Notes: generated by a model from the sequence alone, not told the origin. Shown: positions 25,238 to 38,885, numbered from the whole stretch's first letter. The stretch: DNA of 62,939 bases, filler included, from Octopus bimaculoides (GCF_001194135.2; 6 parts of 5 records of this genome joined end to end with filler, not necessarily neighbours in it), one strand, 5' to 3'. A program made the numbers and translations.

Positions 25238-25785
25238 CCATCGTAACTGTTGAGGAACTAGTAAAGAGGCTTGGATTTGGTCATTCAACCATTCCTCGAC
25301 ACCTGCGCGTCATCGGAAAAATGGGTCAATGAGTTCCTCACAAACTTTCCAAGTCTAATCGCGCGCAGAGAGAGAATATGTGCTCTTCTTTGCTGTCAAA
25401 TCTCACGAATGAAACTTTTTCGACCGAATAGTGACTGGTGACAAGAAATGGGTTCTCTACAAAAATGTGCTGAAGACAGTGGGTAGGGAAAGGAGAAACA
25501 CCGGATCCCTAGAATAAAGAAGGTCTTCACCCACGTAAGTTGTTGTTATCTGTTTGGTGAGCTATGAAAGGTTTAGTTCACTTTGAACTTTTAAACTCAT
25601 TCCAACCGAACAGCTTAAGCAGCTTAAGTCAGCGCTAGAAGCAAAACGACCATCTTTGGTTTTAAGACTATGAGGATAATGTTCGGCCACGTACAGCAAG
25701 GATGATATTCTAAAGGCTGGAGCAGTTCGAATGGGAAACGATGCTTCTCCCACCATATTCGCCGGATATTGCTCCATCTGATTAT
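25238..25785 (+). mobile_element. Mariner (DD34D) transposase relic, cut by contig end
   Basis: *VPHKL...DRIVTGDKKWVLY...HPRKLLLSVW...DNVRP...PPYSPDIAPSDY. Confidence 0.9.
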
Positions 25786-25792
25786 ATATATA

Positions 25793-25892
25793 NNNNNNNN
25801 NNNNNNNNNNNNNNNNNNNNNNNNNNNNNNNNNNNNTTAATTAATTAANNNNNNNNNNNNNNNNNNNNNNNNNNNNNNNNNNNNNNNNNNNN
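25793..25892. other. Artificial scaffold linker
   Basis: 44N-TTAATTAATTAA-44N. Confidence 0.95.
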
Positions 25893-26559
25893 TCTACTGC
25901 CCAATCTGATAGAATTCTGGCAGAACTGTGTAGCAACAGATCGCCAGCAATTGCTTCATCAGAAATTGCCGTCCTACCTCCTGCGAAAAGGAATTACCCT
26001 GCTATGTGTAATCAAGGCAGCGCAAAAAGTTGTTTTGCACAAGCATTTGTATAGCCAATTAGACGGATGAAATTTACGTACGATTAATAATGTTACGCAA
26101 AACAGCCCTCAGACTTCCCCTATTAATTTCGTCTTTTGAATTATGAACATATTTACATCATAAGGGTTTTTTCATTGTAAGGCTTTCTTTTTTAGTTGAT
26201 TTTCACCTAGGAAGACTTATCGTAGGTGGCGTAATAAGTCACACCCGAACAACGTTGAGTTATACTGCTAGTGTATAATAAAATGAAAAAATATATAAAT
26301 TCATACTCCCCTCCACCAATATGTAATCTCTTAAACAATTATGAGGAAGATAGTTAAATGTAGTTATAATAGAATTATATAATAGTATTAGATACAGATA
26401 TACCAAGAATCAAGAATATATTTAAAGAGTATTACGTTAAAAGGAATAGACAAGCCATATTTACTATAATATAAATCTCTAAATCTTAAGCACTAGAAAA
26501 AATCCAGTTATAGCTAGATTGTAGAGTATCTTGTTATTATCTCCCCTTGAATTCAACGT

Positions 26560-26900
26560 CTCTAATATGTCTTAGAGAATTTTTCAGAGTAGTTTATTTT
26601 ATTGATGTGATTCCCATAATACTTAGCGCACGACAGAGGGAGCAGCTATTTGCACCGGAACGACAAGGTGTAAACATTATGTTGATAAGTATTCTTCCTT
26701 TGTTAATTTGGTTTACTAGATTCATTTACTAGTTTTATTCAATAATTTTATAACGTATATAGAGGTTTTTATTTATAATTACTATTAACTTGTGTTTGAC
26801 ATTAAAATGGTAATTTATACTTGTATAGATAGGGGTAAATCTTACACTAAATTATTAATTCCCATAATGTTTATATAGATAGGTAGTGGAATTTTGATGT
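26560..26900 (-). mobile_element. Possible Penelope-like ORF C-terminal relic
   Basis: Frameshifted pieces NSTT..KH/WEL and PCRSGANSCSLCRA/KYY resemble the PLE C-terminal STxLSKYIWELK and PY..G...C.LC..EK motifs; spacing is longer than expected. Confidence 0.35.
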
Positions 26901-28430
26901 GTTTCTTTATGCTTAGCATTTTCTAGATATATCAATATTGTAATTTTAGGTGTTTAATTTTATTAATCTTTATTAATTTGTTAATTTTAATTTTTTTTTT
27001 TTCATTTTTTTCAGTTTTAAATTCTTTTAAAAAATATATTTGTAAGTTATATATTTTTATTATATTTTTATTTATATTCCTATTTTTCTATTCAATATGT
27101 ATTAGAATATGTAGTTTTAACTTTGATCCGTTAATAATAATAATAATATGATAAATAGCCTGAGGATGCACTGGTGGATTTATGCGATAGGTATATACTG
27201 GAAAAACAGACCACCAGCGCATACAAACAGTGATAGCAACAGAGACAATGAAGTAAGAAAAGTAACTCAGAGTGGTTAATTGGCATGAGTTTGGACAATA
27301 AAGATGCATGAATGTATATTAAATACCAAATGCATACATATACGTGTGTATTTGTATATGTATGAATGTGTGTGTGAAGGCGTATGAGTGTGTTTAAAGA
27401 AAGAATTAAAGAAAAAGGTGAAAATCACAGTTCCTGAAACCAATGACCAAATTGTCGCCCTCTATCTTACATCAAATACCCTAAATAAAACAATCTCCGA
27501 AATGAACATTTTCAAAAATGTCAGCTATCTTTGGCGAAATAAAAATAAACATCATATAAATTTGTTATCGTCTTCTCTTTGCTTAAGAATCTCACCCGTT
27601 CATTTCTTTCCAACATTCAGTGCAAACCCAGTAACATTACAAAGCGTTAATGTTTATACGAGTGATTTGTTACACAAACAAATAAATTCCTTTCCAACAA
27701 TGCCACCTTATTTGTTAAGTGGCTTACTCATTAGTGTTTTACGGAAAGAATTCACGATACTGAAAATTGTTAGGATTCTGTATAAATCTTCTTCAAATGC
27801 ATGAAATTTGAAACAGGAGTTCTGAAGAATCTTGGTGCTTAAATATAAATATATAAATTTCGGATATCTTATTTTTCTTGTTTTTCTTTATCATTATACA
27901 GATCTCTTTTATTTTTATTTTTTGAATGGCGTATCTGTTGGCGGTCTCGCTATGTCAGATCTTTCAACATGTGGTCTCTGTTGCACTGAGGAATAATAGC
28001 TGGGTCTAATTTCATATGTAAGTTTAATATGGACGTGATTTTGAGTTCATTCAGTGTGTACCCTCAGTAATAAGTAAGTATAAGTGTTTCTCTGATTAAA
28101 TATATAAATGCGGACCTTTTTAGTTGACCAATACATACACAGACGAACAGATGGGTAAAAGATGATTCTTAATAATAAAGACACATGTGAAACCCGATTC
28201 GCGTGGGAAATATTCTAAAATCTGAATGGGTTCTCTGCAGTGAGTATTCACACTGTCTTCGGCTGCAGTGAATCGGAAGTAATAAATTTTATAACATCAC
28301 CAGTTTGCTTAGAGTCTGGTTTTAAATATTGCAGTTGCGAACTTGGACAGAACCTGTTACACTTGCAAACGAGACAGAAATTTTACCAATGATTTACTGA
28401 GTTATCGATGTCCTGTTCATTAAATGCATA

Positions 28431-28462
<32 letters not shown>

Positions 28463-29353
28463 ATATTCCTCAACAAAGCAACAAACATTCGTCTCACTAA
28501 TTGTGATGCATTGATTTTGAGTTTTGCACTTAAATCTTCTTCTCCAAAGAGGGACAACCTACCCATCACCACAACTCGTTCACCAAAACGCTGTATATTA
28601 ATATGTGTTTCATATGTACAGAGCTAGGCTCGATCCTCTTGTCAAGCCAAGTAAAAGTGTGTGCATATTAGTGCTCAAAATAGGAAGTAAAATTATATCA
28701 CTTGAGGCCTCATAACTTATTAATAAAGCTTTTCTCAGTAAACAGGCAAACCACCCAAGCTAGACGATTTTTACCACATACAGTTAACCATTGTTACTCG
28801 TATTTCCATGACTGTTATCGGATTTTCACAACACCCAATCTCTCTCACTCAAAGTCGTGGCAAGTCGTCAGGTAGGATTTGATGTGTGCCTTGCGATCCG
28901 GCCAGTCACTTGTCGAAAACAGTGGAGAAAAATGCCTCTGAAAAGCTGCACACATCTGCTAGGATCGAATTCTAACAATAACAAAACCAAGTCATCACAA
29001 TACCTCTTATTACCATTTTTCACATCTTTTCGTTTTGTCAACATTTTCATCTTCAATTCCTGTCACAATCACTAAGAATAACAACACGGTCACTGTAAGA
29101 AAATACCTTCAAAATATCATCAGAACACCTTGGCAATAATTTCACCATACCAATAGCATCACAATATTATGAAACGTAAAATGACTCGCAGAAGTCAACT
29201 TTGCCTTTCATTCATAGCAAATTGATAAAATAAGTATCCGTCAATGACGTGTATTAGCGGAATTGTTAGATTATCAGACACAAGATTCTTCGCGATATTT
29301 GTTCCGGCTTGTTGGGGATTCTTAGTTCTTGATTAGTAGATTTAAACCTCCTC

Positions 29354-29553
29354 TCAGTTTTCCACAATCACCCGGGACTTGGGCGCCAGATTTTTCAACA
29401 GAGTTGCAAGCTTTTGGGTAAAGTCTCCATTTTGAAAATAACTTTCTTCCGTCTTAATACCACCCTCTAAAGTCTTCAAAACAAAAATAACGATCTGAGA
29501 CGGTTGCCCTTCTTTGCTTGAGTAAACGGTAAACAGAAAAAATATGACACCTC
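29354..29553 (-). CDS. Weak candidate exon (GGVIFFLFTVYSSKEG...QKLATLLKNLAPKSRVIVEN*)
   Basis: Acceptor tgtttttatttag, about 66 open codons, locally higher GC, not in a recognisable repeat; no homology recognised. Confidence 0.25.
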
Positions 29554-31440
29554 CTAAATAAAAACAATATTGACAGTGACAATAACACCACCATACTGAC
29601 AACAAGAGCATCCTAACAGCAAGAGCATCCTAACAGCAAAGCATCCTAATAACTATTCCATCTGATGAACAACACTCTCACAACAATAGTAGTTATGTCA
29701 TTATAATAGCACCATCATAACAATTTGATAACAGCCGTAACAGGATAAAAACAACCAGAAACCAAGACAATCAAACTCTGATTGTAACCAATAACTACGT
29801 TGATATCATATTTTGTATTTCTATGAAATTGAGTAATGTTCTTGGAAGCTACCTGACCACTAGAAATAGTACCCATATCTCCCTCAAATAACACCCTACC
29901 CTCTTAACAATATTGGAAAGTGTAGCTTAAGTAACAACTACAAGACGGCCACGCGAAAATCTTCATCAGATTTAACATACGTAAATTCAACAACAGTAAC
30001 AATATTCACCATACCTTTCCAAATCTTTCTAGTGGTTACATGTGAAGAAGTAAACAACTACGCTACCTCACGGCTTTTTAAAAACAGAAGTCATATTTTC
30101 CTCTGCAGTCTTAAAAAAACCGGAAAGATTCACAAGATAATATATTCCATGATATACACAATATCAGAATGGTCATTGTTAGAATACATTTTGATCAAAG
30201 GTTTAGCCATTCAGCTAAACCTATGATCAAAATGAAATAGTTATATTTCCCTCTGTTACTTAAATGGTTGGGTGCACCTACAATTGCTGAAATAATTGTA
30301 ATGTTCCATTACATTTTTTAACAACTGAATTGACTGTATACCACCTCTAGCTGAGAGCGAAATGGCTACATGCTACCCTTCTGCTGAAATGGTTAACTTT
30401 CACAGTGTTATGTCTCACACTACCACTTACATAGTTACAAACAATTTTCATTGAAATGTCTATTATTTACACCACCACTGAAATTGTTACATGCAACATA
30501 CTACTGTGAAAACAGTTAAAGTTGATAGCTTGCCACTGTCTTCGAACCTGCGAAAAATACCCGCATGTCGTAGGACTGGTCGATCAGGCTGGACTTAGAC
30601 TACACAACAGGCAAGTGTCAGGAGAAAACCCTAACATGGTGTCAAGAACAACTGAAATCCCCTAATCTAACATTTCCTAAATACGCATCCAGGAGTTTCA
30701 CTTTGAGAGACTCTTTAACTTAAATACCTATTTGACGTTTATTGTGGTTCCCACTGCGAATCAACAGCCAGTATTTTATGATGTCTTTTGCATTTCAGCA
30801 AGTGCAACAACAGCTAATTAGTATAATGTTACTGAAGAAGGCGGGTACGAAGTCCCACACAAAGTATATATATCCTTTTGACAGATTAAGAATCGTCTCC
30901 TTCCCCTACCTCGATGTCACACAATATTAATAATTTCTTTAAGGACGTTTATCATCCCGTCTGCGTTGTTTCCTGCTTTCATTAGCAATTTACATTTTTG
31001 TTTTCTTTTCAGACAAAATATTGTGTGGTCTGTTTTGCTGAGCACACTGACCTAGGAATATACAGTGAAACCGAATCTGATTCGTAGGAATAAAGATGTA
31101 TTGGGCTGAAAATTTCCCAATGGAATATAATGGCTATTAAATCCAGGACGAATGTCAACAACCGAAGTTACGTAAGTTTTGCAAAATATAACTAAGGAAA
31201 ATACTACCCTACCCCATATCACGTGGCATGTATAGAATTGGTGTATATCGTAATATGAAAGAAAACTTCAAATGAAAGCAAAATGACATTATCCCCGAAT
31301 GTCATAGTATGTAAGTTGATAGCCGACATCATGATATGACAGCACAGTTTCTATAAGAAGCCAATTTATCTCTGAATATTGTGGTCTAAACGATAAAGTT
31401 CTGCATTTAATATATGAAGATAATAAAGGACCTCATGTTA

Positions 31441-31619
31441 ACAGATATATTTACCAAAATTGCATAAAAATATCTTGAAATACTAAAGAATAAATCTATT
31501 CAATAAAATCGCCATTGGCTTCAACCACAGCATCCAGACGACTTCGAAACCTCCTGCAATTCTTCTGGACGATCTCCTTGTTTAAGATGGGGAATACTGT
31601 CATAATTCTTGCCTTCAGG
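31441..31619 (-). mobile_element. DD37D 3' fragment
   Basis: LKARIMTVF..LNKEIVQKNCRRFRSRLDAVVEANGDFIE*, same family as 9609 and 21590. Confidence 0.85.
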
Positions 31620-33087
31620 CAAGGTTCTGACTTCGCATTCTCAAAAATTCTATTAGGTCTGGTTATCGAATGCCTACTATTATTTATGCTAGAAATTGTA
31701 TTTATAAAATTGTATATTGCTAAAGGTATAGCATTTATTGTTAAAAGTATAACTTTGTTACACATATAATCCATACAGCAACCATTCGCCTATAGCACAA
31801 GAATATGTTGATCGTTGCTGAAGTATTTTAGCATTCCTCTTAAATTTTTTATTGAAACAATAACTTTATAAAAGATATTAATTAAACTTCCAGTATATGC
31901 AGTATCAAATTTAAAGAGACGTCACAATGCTGTATTGGCATGCTCAGCTTATTACTTTCTCCCACTCCCGTGAACTTTAAATGTCATATCATATTGTTTT
32001 ATGGAGTAGTCAGCGGAAAAGAAGCAGTTCCTAGTATTTGTATATTTGTAGACACTTTAGACTGGAGAGATCGATTCAGTTGATGTTGGAACATCGTTCA
32101 ATTGAGACATCGTTGGTCTACATCTTTCATGAAATAGTGAATAAGTGTGTGAATTTGAGAAAAGTAGTTTCTTGGGGGAAAAAATGAGGTAAATGTTCTT
32201 TTGAGGCCTGAAGTATAAGACTCGGAAGAATAATGATAGGAGAAGACAGACGGGTGTGCTAAGTGGATGACTTGATGAAAATGATATGCAACTAGCTAAC
32301 TCAGAGACTCTGAAGCTATTGTAATACATGTAATAAAAGCAAAGAGGAAATAGCGCCTCTGCACACTAGTTGTAGCATGTTGGTGAGTGAATCTTTGTCA
32401 GTCAGTTAAATGACCTTCTTTTGCATGCAGACTAGGATATGTGCATGTAAAAGAGCAGCAATCAGATATATTCTGGAAATTATGGATGTTTCAAATAAAA
32501 TGAGAAAAAGTTAAATGATGTGAGGTTTGCATTATGAGAAAAAATAGAAATAAACAAAATTATGTAAAATAAAACTCAAAATGAATAGTTTGTTAAGAAA
32601 TTCAATACGTTTATAATCAGGTTTAGTTAATATTTACTATATTAGAAGAAGTTGAATATTTCACTCATATTCACACTCAACGTTATCTTAATAAATATTG
32701 TTTTGTCATGAACAAACTTTCTTGTCACCTCATCCCAACACTTCCAATATTTACATCAACGATTACACACTTTGTATCAGAAACAGAAAAGTAACTGAAT
32801 CGGAATAAAGACTTAAATGTAGAGAACTGCACGCTACACATCAAACATTCATTTATTACCAACGGTAAATTTGAATTACAATATCGATAAATTAGTGTAG
32901 TTCTTGAAAAATTATATTTAGTTTCTGAGTGAAACAATAGTTATTTTAATTAGGTAAAATTGAACATCAATTTATATTTACAAGATTAATTTTCGGACTC
33001 TCTATCTCGTTTTTAAAGATGAAATATTTTTTTAAATAATATCAGTTATAATATTTTTAAGAACTGCTCATATCAGAAATTTGAACA

Positions 33088-33560
33088 TCTTACTATATTA
33101 GACGTTATGTCTGTCTGTCTGTCCGTCAGTCCGTCTGTTCCCAATGGTCACGATGTTTTTCGGGATTACGAAGGAGGTAATCAGGAAGGTTTTTAGCGAA
33201 ACAAATGTGAAAAAGTATGATTATTCAGTGGATATTGAGTTTTGAATTAATAAATCACCTTTGAGTTTTTTTGTTAAAATTCTGGTGACGAAGATTAACT
33301 CTGGATTTTCCCCCCTGTATAGTTCGTGAATTTAGAGGGTTTAGATTTGCGATACTATCCCTTTATTTCCTATCATAGATGGGTAGATTTGCTATCTTAC
33401 TATAATGAGCGTTATGTCCATCTGTCCGTTTTTTTGTCTGTTCCTTCTTCACGGCCAGACGGCTGAACCAATGGCTACGATATTTTTCGAGATTACAAAG
33501 ACAGTCGTCAGGAAGGTTTTTAGTATGAAAAAATCAGATTAGGATTTTAGTAATTAGTTA
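33088..33560 (+). mobile_element. Two tandem non-autonomous Helitron/DINE-1-like 5' fragments
   Basis: Two related units tactata...gttatgtc-(tctg/tccg)n...ccaatgg...gattac...caggaaggtttttag; layout recalled as typical of DINE-1/HINE elements. Confidence 0.45.
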
Positions 33561-33720
33561 TCTTGTATACATTTAGCAGATTCAGAATTTCGTTTGTATA
33601 TATGGAATACATTAAATATACAATATCAAATAAATAATATATCAAATATACAATATCCAATATACAATAAATCAAATATACAATATCAAATAAATATTGT
33701 TATTGTCTCTTAAACATGTA

Positions 33721-34261
33721 GTCTTTAAGTTTTGAGTTCAAAATATGTCGAGGTCGACTTTGCCTTTCATATTTTCGAAGTCGATAAAATAGGTACCAGT
33801 TGAACACTGGGGTTGATGTAATCAACTTACCCCGCGTTCCGAAACTGCTGGCCTTGTGTCAAAATTTGAAATCAATAATTATTGTTTGATTCATGCAGAA
33901 CGTTCTTTTGCAGCAACGGGAGTTTCCTCTTAGCTAGTTCTTTTTGCTGCTAGAATATATAGGTTTTGAAGATTACAAGATTACAGAACTTAAAGACTTA
34001 AACATGTAATCTTCAAAACCTATATATTCTAGCAGCAAAAAGAACTAGCTAAGAGGAAACTCCCGTTGCTGCAAAAGAACGTTCTGCATGAATCAAACAA
34101 TAATTATTGATTTCAAATTTTGACACAAGGCCAGCAGTTTCGGAACGCGGGGTAAGTTGATTACATCAACCCCAGTGTTCAACTGGTACCTATTTTATCG
34201 ACTTCGAAAATATGAAAGGCAAAGTCGACCTCGACATATTTTGAACTCAGAACTTAAAGAC
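33721..34261. repeat. 257-bp near-perfect inverted duplication (27-nt spacer)
   Basis: 33721-33977 versus the reverse complement of 34005-34261: one mismatch. Confidence 0.95.
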
Positions 34262-34293
34262 AGACGAAATGCTGCTAAGAATTTTGCCCGGCG
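34106..34293 (-). mobile_element. 5'-truncated SINE family C with 17-bp TSD
   Basis: tgaatcaaacaataatt at 34089-34105 and 34294-34310. Confidence 0.85.
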
Positions 34294-36523
34294 TGAATCA
34301 AACAATAATTGTTCGAAGCTAATTATTTCAAGCATTACATGGGTTCTAGCGAAGTTACTTTAATTTTGAAATTCCCAATTTTTAAACTTTATCTTTCTAC
34401 ACGGAACATTCGGTTGTGATGTTCGAATCTCTTATTCCTACATATATACACATACATATATGAAGATATAAATATGTGTGCATGCGTGTGTGGGGGCGTT
34501 TACACATACATACATACATACATACATACATACATACATACATACATACATACATAGCCTTGTGCTGTCTTGTAGTTGAGAAGCTTTATTTAAAGCGTAA
34601 ATTTTAAATGTCTCGACTGTACAGGATTGTCTAAATCGTCGCTAATAATTGAGATTCTGATTTCAAAGCCATCGTAGAGAAATGCATACGTGTAGGAACA
34701 AGTGGTCTGAAGAAGATCAGCGAATAAACCGATCAAAACATAATATCATACTTAGATACTGAAGATGAGATTAAGTTTAAACATTTTTTTACTATTTGTG
34801 TTCGTTTATATACACAATGTTACCTCAAGGTCCAGTCCTTGTTGCGGTGTGGTGGCTTGTATGCCTCATTTACACTGGGAGTTATGCCAGGGAGTGCAAG
34901 CTTTTGGTAGGGCCTCACATGCTAGTCAGGTTAAAGAATATAGGCCAGATAAATATTGATCATCCCTTCGCAGAAATATAAATAGGTTTACGAATGGCAG
35001 CACTCCTACTGAGATAAAAAGAGGCATCGATGACAATTCAAACCAAAACCCTAGGAGAGGACTGCTTTTTGCTTTCTTTTCGGTGTCCAAATGGAGAGAA
35101 GTAGAATCGACAATCCTGAGTGGAGAACAGTGAAGAGAAGTCAACAATGACTTGTATTGCATAAGGAGCAATCGACGTAAGTAAAAGGCAAAATATACAC
35201 ACTGATAACATTACATAGTTCATATCATGCCACTGCTAAATTTCTTACAATAAATCACATATACTATTCATATTTAATTAACGAGAAATTACTTTAGTGT
35301 CATTATTGCGTTACTGTACTGCAACCCTGTGACAGTCTGTACCTGTCACATACTTCCTACAGAGTTTAATTCAACAATTCGTTCCTTCGTAAGAACAGTA
35401 CTCGTTTATTTTATTTTATTCTTTTCTCCAATAATTCCTTCTGTGACTAGTCACACATCTAGAATACTAAGCTTTTTTTGCTTCTTCTCATACATGTTGT
35501 CTAAACTGTATTTGATATATATAGCGGTATACAGCTTATCTGCTGCATATATAACAACTGCCTCTTCAATTGCAATTTGCAGTGTTAAAGAATTTAGTAA
35601 GTCGGTAAAAATGTTGACGTGTTAGAAATGTGCTAGTTGTACAAATTTAATTCATAGTCGGTAAAAAGAAGAAAGAAAGAAAAAGTAAAAAAAGAAAATA
35701 CAAAGCAAAATAAAACTAACTCTGCATTCCTATCGCTTTCTTTTCAGGTAATTTAATTTTCTACTGCAGAATTTTATTTTTAAGTTTTCTGAAATATTAC
35801 TTTAGTGCTTATTGTTCAGTTTTATTATTGCTGATGGTTAGTGCGGTTGTTGCTGTTGTTGTTGATGTTGTTGTTGTTCGTATTATATAATTCTATAGAT
35901 CGTTTTAGAGTAGTCAGACGGTTTCTATGTGAACCAGTTTGATTTGCATATATTTCCAGGTGTCAATGAGTTTACCAATACTAAGCATCGTAGTCTTTTG
36001 TTAAATTTCGTTTTTGTTTTTGTTGATTTTGTTTTTTACGTTTCTGTGAACACAATAATACTTCACTTAACGATCTCCTATTTAACAACACACTGCTTTA
36101 ACGAATTTTTTCAATCATAAAAATAAAAATGTAATATTAATTGCGCAAAATAAATATTAAACATTCATAATTATTGCTTTAATAGCTTAGTTACCTCGAT
36201 GCACCTCGATAATAGACGTATGAGTGTTTTGGTTGGTTCATTCGGTATTTACTTTGTATATTGATGTTGTGTCTGCACACAACATTCACATTACCCCTGC
36301 CACTCTTTCGTCTTAAAACTTTTAGATCTATTCATTATCAATTTATTCAGTCACTATGAAAATATATCTGACAGTGAAGATGCTTGCTTATACCTTCACT
36401 CTCAAAGGGATCGACGAAGTCTACTTATATACTCAAAAGGCGACTAGAGATTTTTGAAACACAAGAGTCAAATTTCGAACTTGCACTGAAGTTGCTATAG
36501 ATCTCATTTTATAAGTATATATA

Positions 36524-36623
36524 NNNNNNNNNNNNNNNNNNNNNNNNNNNNNNNNNNNNNNNNNNNNTTAATTAATTAANNNNNNNNNNNNNNNNNNNNN
36601 NNNNNNNNNNNNNNNNNNNNNNN
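36524..36623. other. Artificial scaffold linker
   Basis: 44N-TTAATTAATTAA-44N. Confidence 0.95.
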
Positions 36624-36643
36624 ATATACATATAGATATATAT

Positions 36644-36900
36644 ACCATTTCGAGCGTGGCCGTTTTCGTGCGGGTGAACCATTTCAAGCGTGGCCGTTTT
36701 CGTGCGGGTGACACGTAAAAGCACCCACTACACTCTCTGAGTGGTTGGCGTTAGGAAGGGCATCCAGCTGTAGAAACTCTGCCAAATCAGACTGGAGCCT
36801 GGTGTTGCCATCCGGTTTCACCAGTCCTCAGTCAAATCGTCCAACCCATGCTAGCATGGAAAGCGGACGTTAAACGATGATGATGATGATGATGATGATA
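36644..36900 (+). mobile_element. SINE-like family E 3' part with (GAT)n tail and 34-bp 5' tandem duplication
   Basis: ggttggcgttaggaagggcatccagctgtagaaac...ggaaagcggacgttaaacgatgatg; homologous to 44202-44400. Confidence 0.85.
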
Positions 36901-37281
36901 TACATACGTCTACCACATGCAATGAAGCAATGAATGAGAGACCTCCATGTTGTGTATTGATCTGCCAGAAATGGAAGCTAAATCTCTCTCAAATACATCG
37001 AATACAGCTCAACGTTAGATAAATAAATATCCACCGAACAATGCGTTCCCGCATATGAAAAAGATACAGAAATGTCACGATGGGGAATGCCCTGCGATCA
37101 GATGTTTTACTTAACCAAAGCTGACCTGGGACCACACAACATATATATGTGTGCGTATGTATGTATATATACATACATATATATANNNNNNNNNNTATAT
37201 AGGAACACATACACACACACATATATATTGAGAGAAAGTGAGAGGGGGAGAGACAGAGAGAGAGAGAGAGGGGGGAGAGAC

Positions 37282-37315
<34 letters not shown>

Positions 37316-37410
37316 AGACAGAGAGATGCAGGGAGGTCACACACAGGCATCTACATACTAACAGACAGACGGATATATATATAAACACGCACATACACAT
37401 ATGTAAACAC

Positions 37411-37445
<35 letters not shown>

Positions 37446-38421
37446 GATGTGCATTCATTCACATGCAGACACACACACACAAACACGTGTATGTGTGTAT
37501 GTATATGTGCATATATAATATGGATAAACACAACACACACACACACACACACACACAAGTATGTGGAGAGAGAAAGAAGCTTAGAGGCATGTGTATTCAC
37601 ACACACACACACACACATACACACACACACACATACACACACACATTTGCTTTCCATTACACTACTTTTCCTGATTTATCACTAAGAACTGGTCGTAGTA
37701 GTGGTAGTGGTGATGCTAATGGTAGTGATGATGGCGAAGGTNNNNNNNNNNNNNNNNNNNNNNNNNNNNNNNNNNNNNNNNNNNNNNNNNNNNNNNNNNN
37801 NNNNNNNNNNNNNNNNNNNNNNNNNNNNNNNNNNNNNNNNNNNNNNNNNNNNNNNNNNNNNNNNNNNNNNNNNNNNNNNNNNNNNNNNNNNNNNNNNNNN
37901 NNNNNNNNNNNNNNNNNNNNNNNNNNNNNNNNNNNNNNNNNNNNNNNNNNNNNNNNNNNNNNNNNNNNNNNNNNNNNNNNNNNNNNNNNNNNNNNNNNNN
38001 NNNNNNNNNNNNNNNNNNNNNNNNNNNNNNNNNNNNNNNNNNNNNNNNNNNNNNNNNNNNNNNNNNNNNNNNNNNNNNNNNNNNNNNNNNNNNNNNNNNN
38101 NNNNNNNNNNNNNNNNNNNNNNNNNNNNNNNNNNNNNNNNNNNNNNNNNNNNNNNNNNNNNNNNNNNNNNNNNNNNNNNNNNNNNNNNNNNNNNNNNNNN
38201 NNNNNNNNNNNNNNNNNNNNNNNNNNNNNNNNNNNNNNNNNNNNNNNNNNNNNNNNNNNNNNNNNNNNNNNNNNNNNNNNNNNNNNNNNNNNNNNNNNNN
38301 NNNNNNNNNNNNNNNNNNNNNNNNNNNNNNNNNNNNNNNNNNNNNNNNNNNNNNNNNNNNNNNNNNNNNNNNNNNNNNNNNNNNNNNNNNNNNNNNNNNN
38401 NNNNNNNNNNNNNNNNNNNNN

Positions 38422-38480
<59 letters not shown>

Positions 38481-38679
38481 GTATATATATATGTATCTCT
38501 TTATATATAATTAGATATATATATCTATATATATGTATAAATACATGTGTACATTCATACACACACACACACATAGCAAACACACAGATATTTAGAAGCA
38601 CATACACACATTCCCATTTGCATACACATTCGCACACACACACGCATACATATTTATGTGTTTTGAAAATAATCCTTTC

Positions 38680-38885
38680 AACTACAGGCACAAGGCCTGA
38701 AATTTTGGGGAAAGGAGTCTAGTTTTGTCACATCGACCCCAATGTTTCACTGGTACTTATTTTACTGACCCCGGAAGGACGAAAGGCAACGTCGACCTCG
38801 GCGGAATTTGAACTCAGAACGTAGCGATGGGCGAAATAGGCCTCAGAATTTCGTCCAGCGTGCTAACGATTCTGCCAGCTCACCT
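38680..38885 (-). mobile_element. SINE family C
   Basis: Homology to 6812-7003. Confidence 0.85.

Noticed and set aside
25950-25975. CUGAUGA hits (also near 9473, 29118, 29665, 29960) as hammerheads
   Set aside because: No correctly placed GAAA, stem III or NUH site.
26700-27130. Mitochondrial insertion (NUMT) suggested by extreme AT content
   Set aside because: No recognisable mitochondrial gene, tRNA or rRNA motif; part is better explained as a decayed retroelement.
27926-28009. Small ORF MAYLLAVSLCQIFQHVVSVALRNNSWV*
   Set aside because: Only 27 aa, no usable in-frame donor; expected by chance.
31013-31087. Possible terminal exon TKYCVVCFAEHTDLGIYSETESDS* after a strong acceptor
   Set aside because: Too short, no homology and no linked upstream exon.
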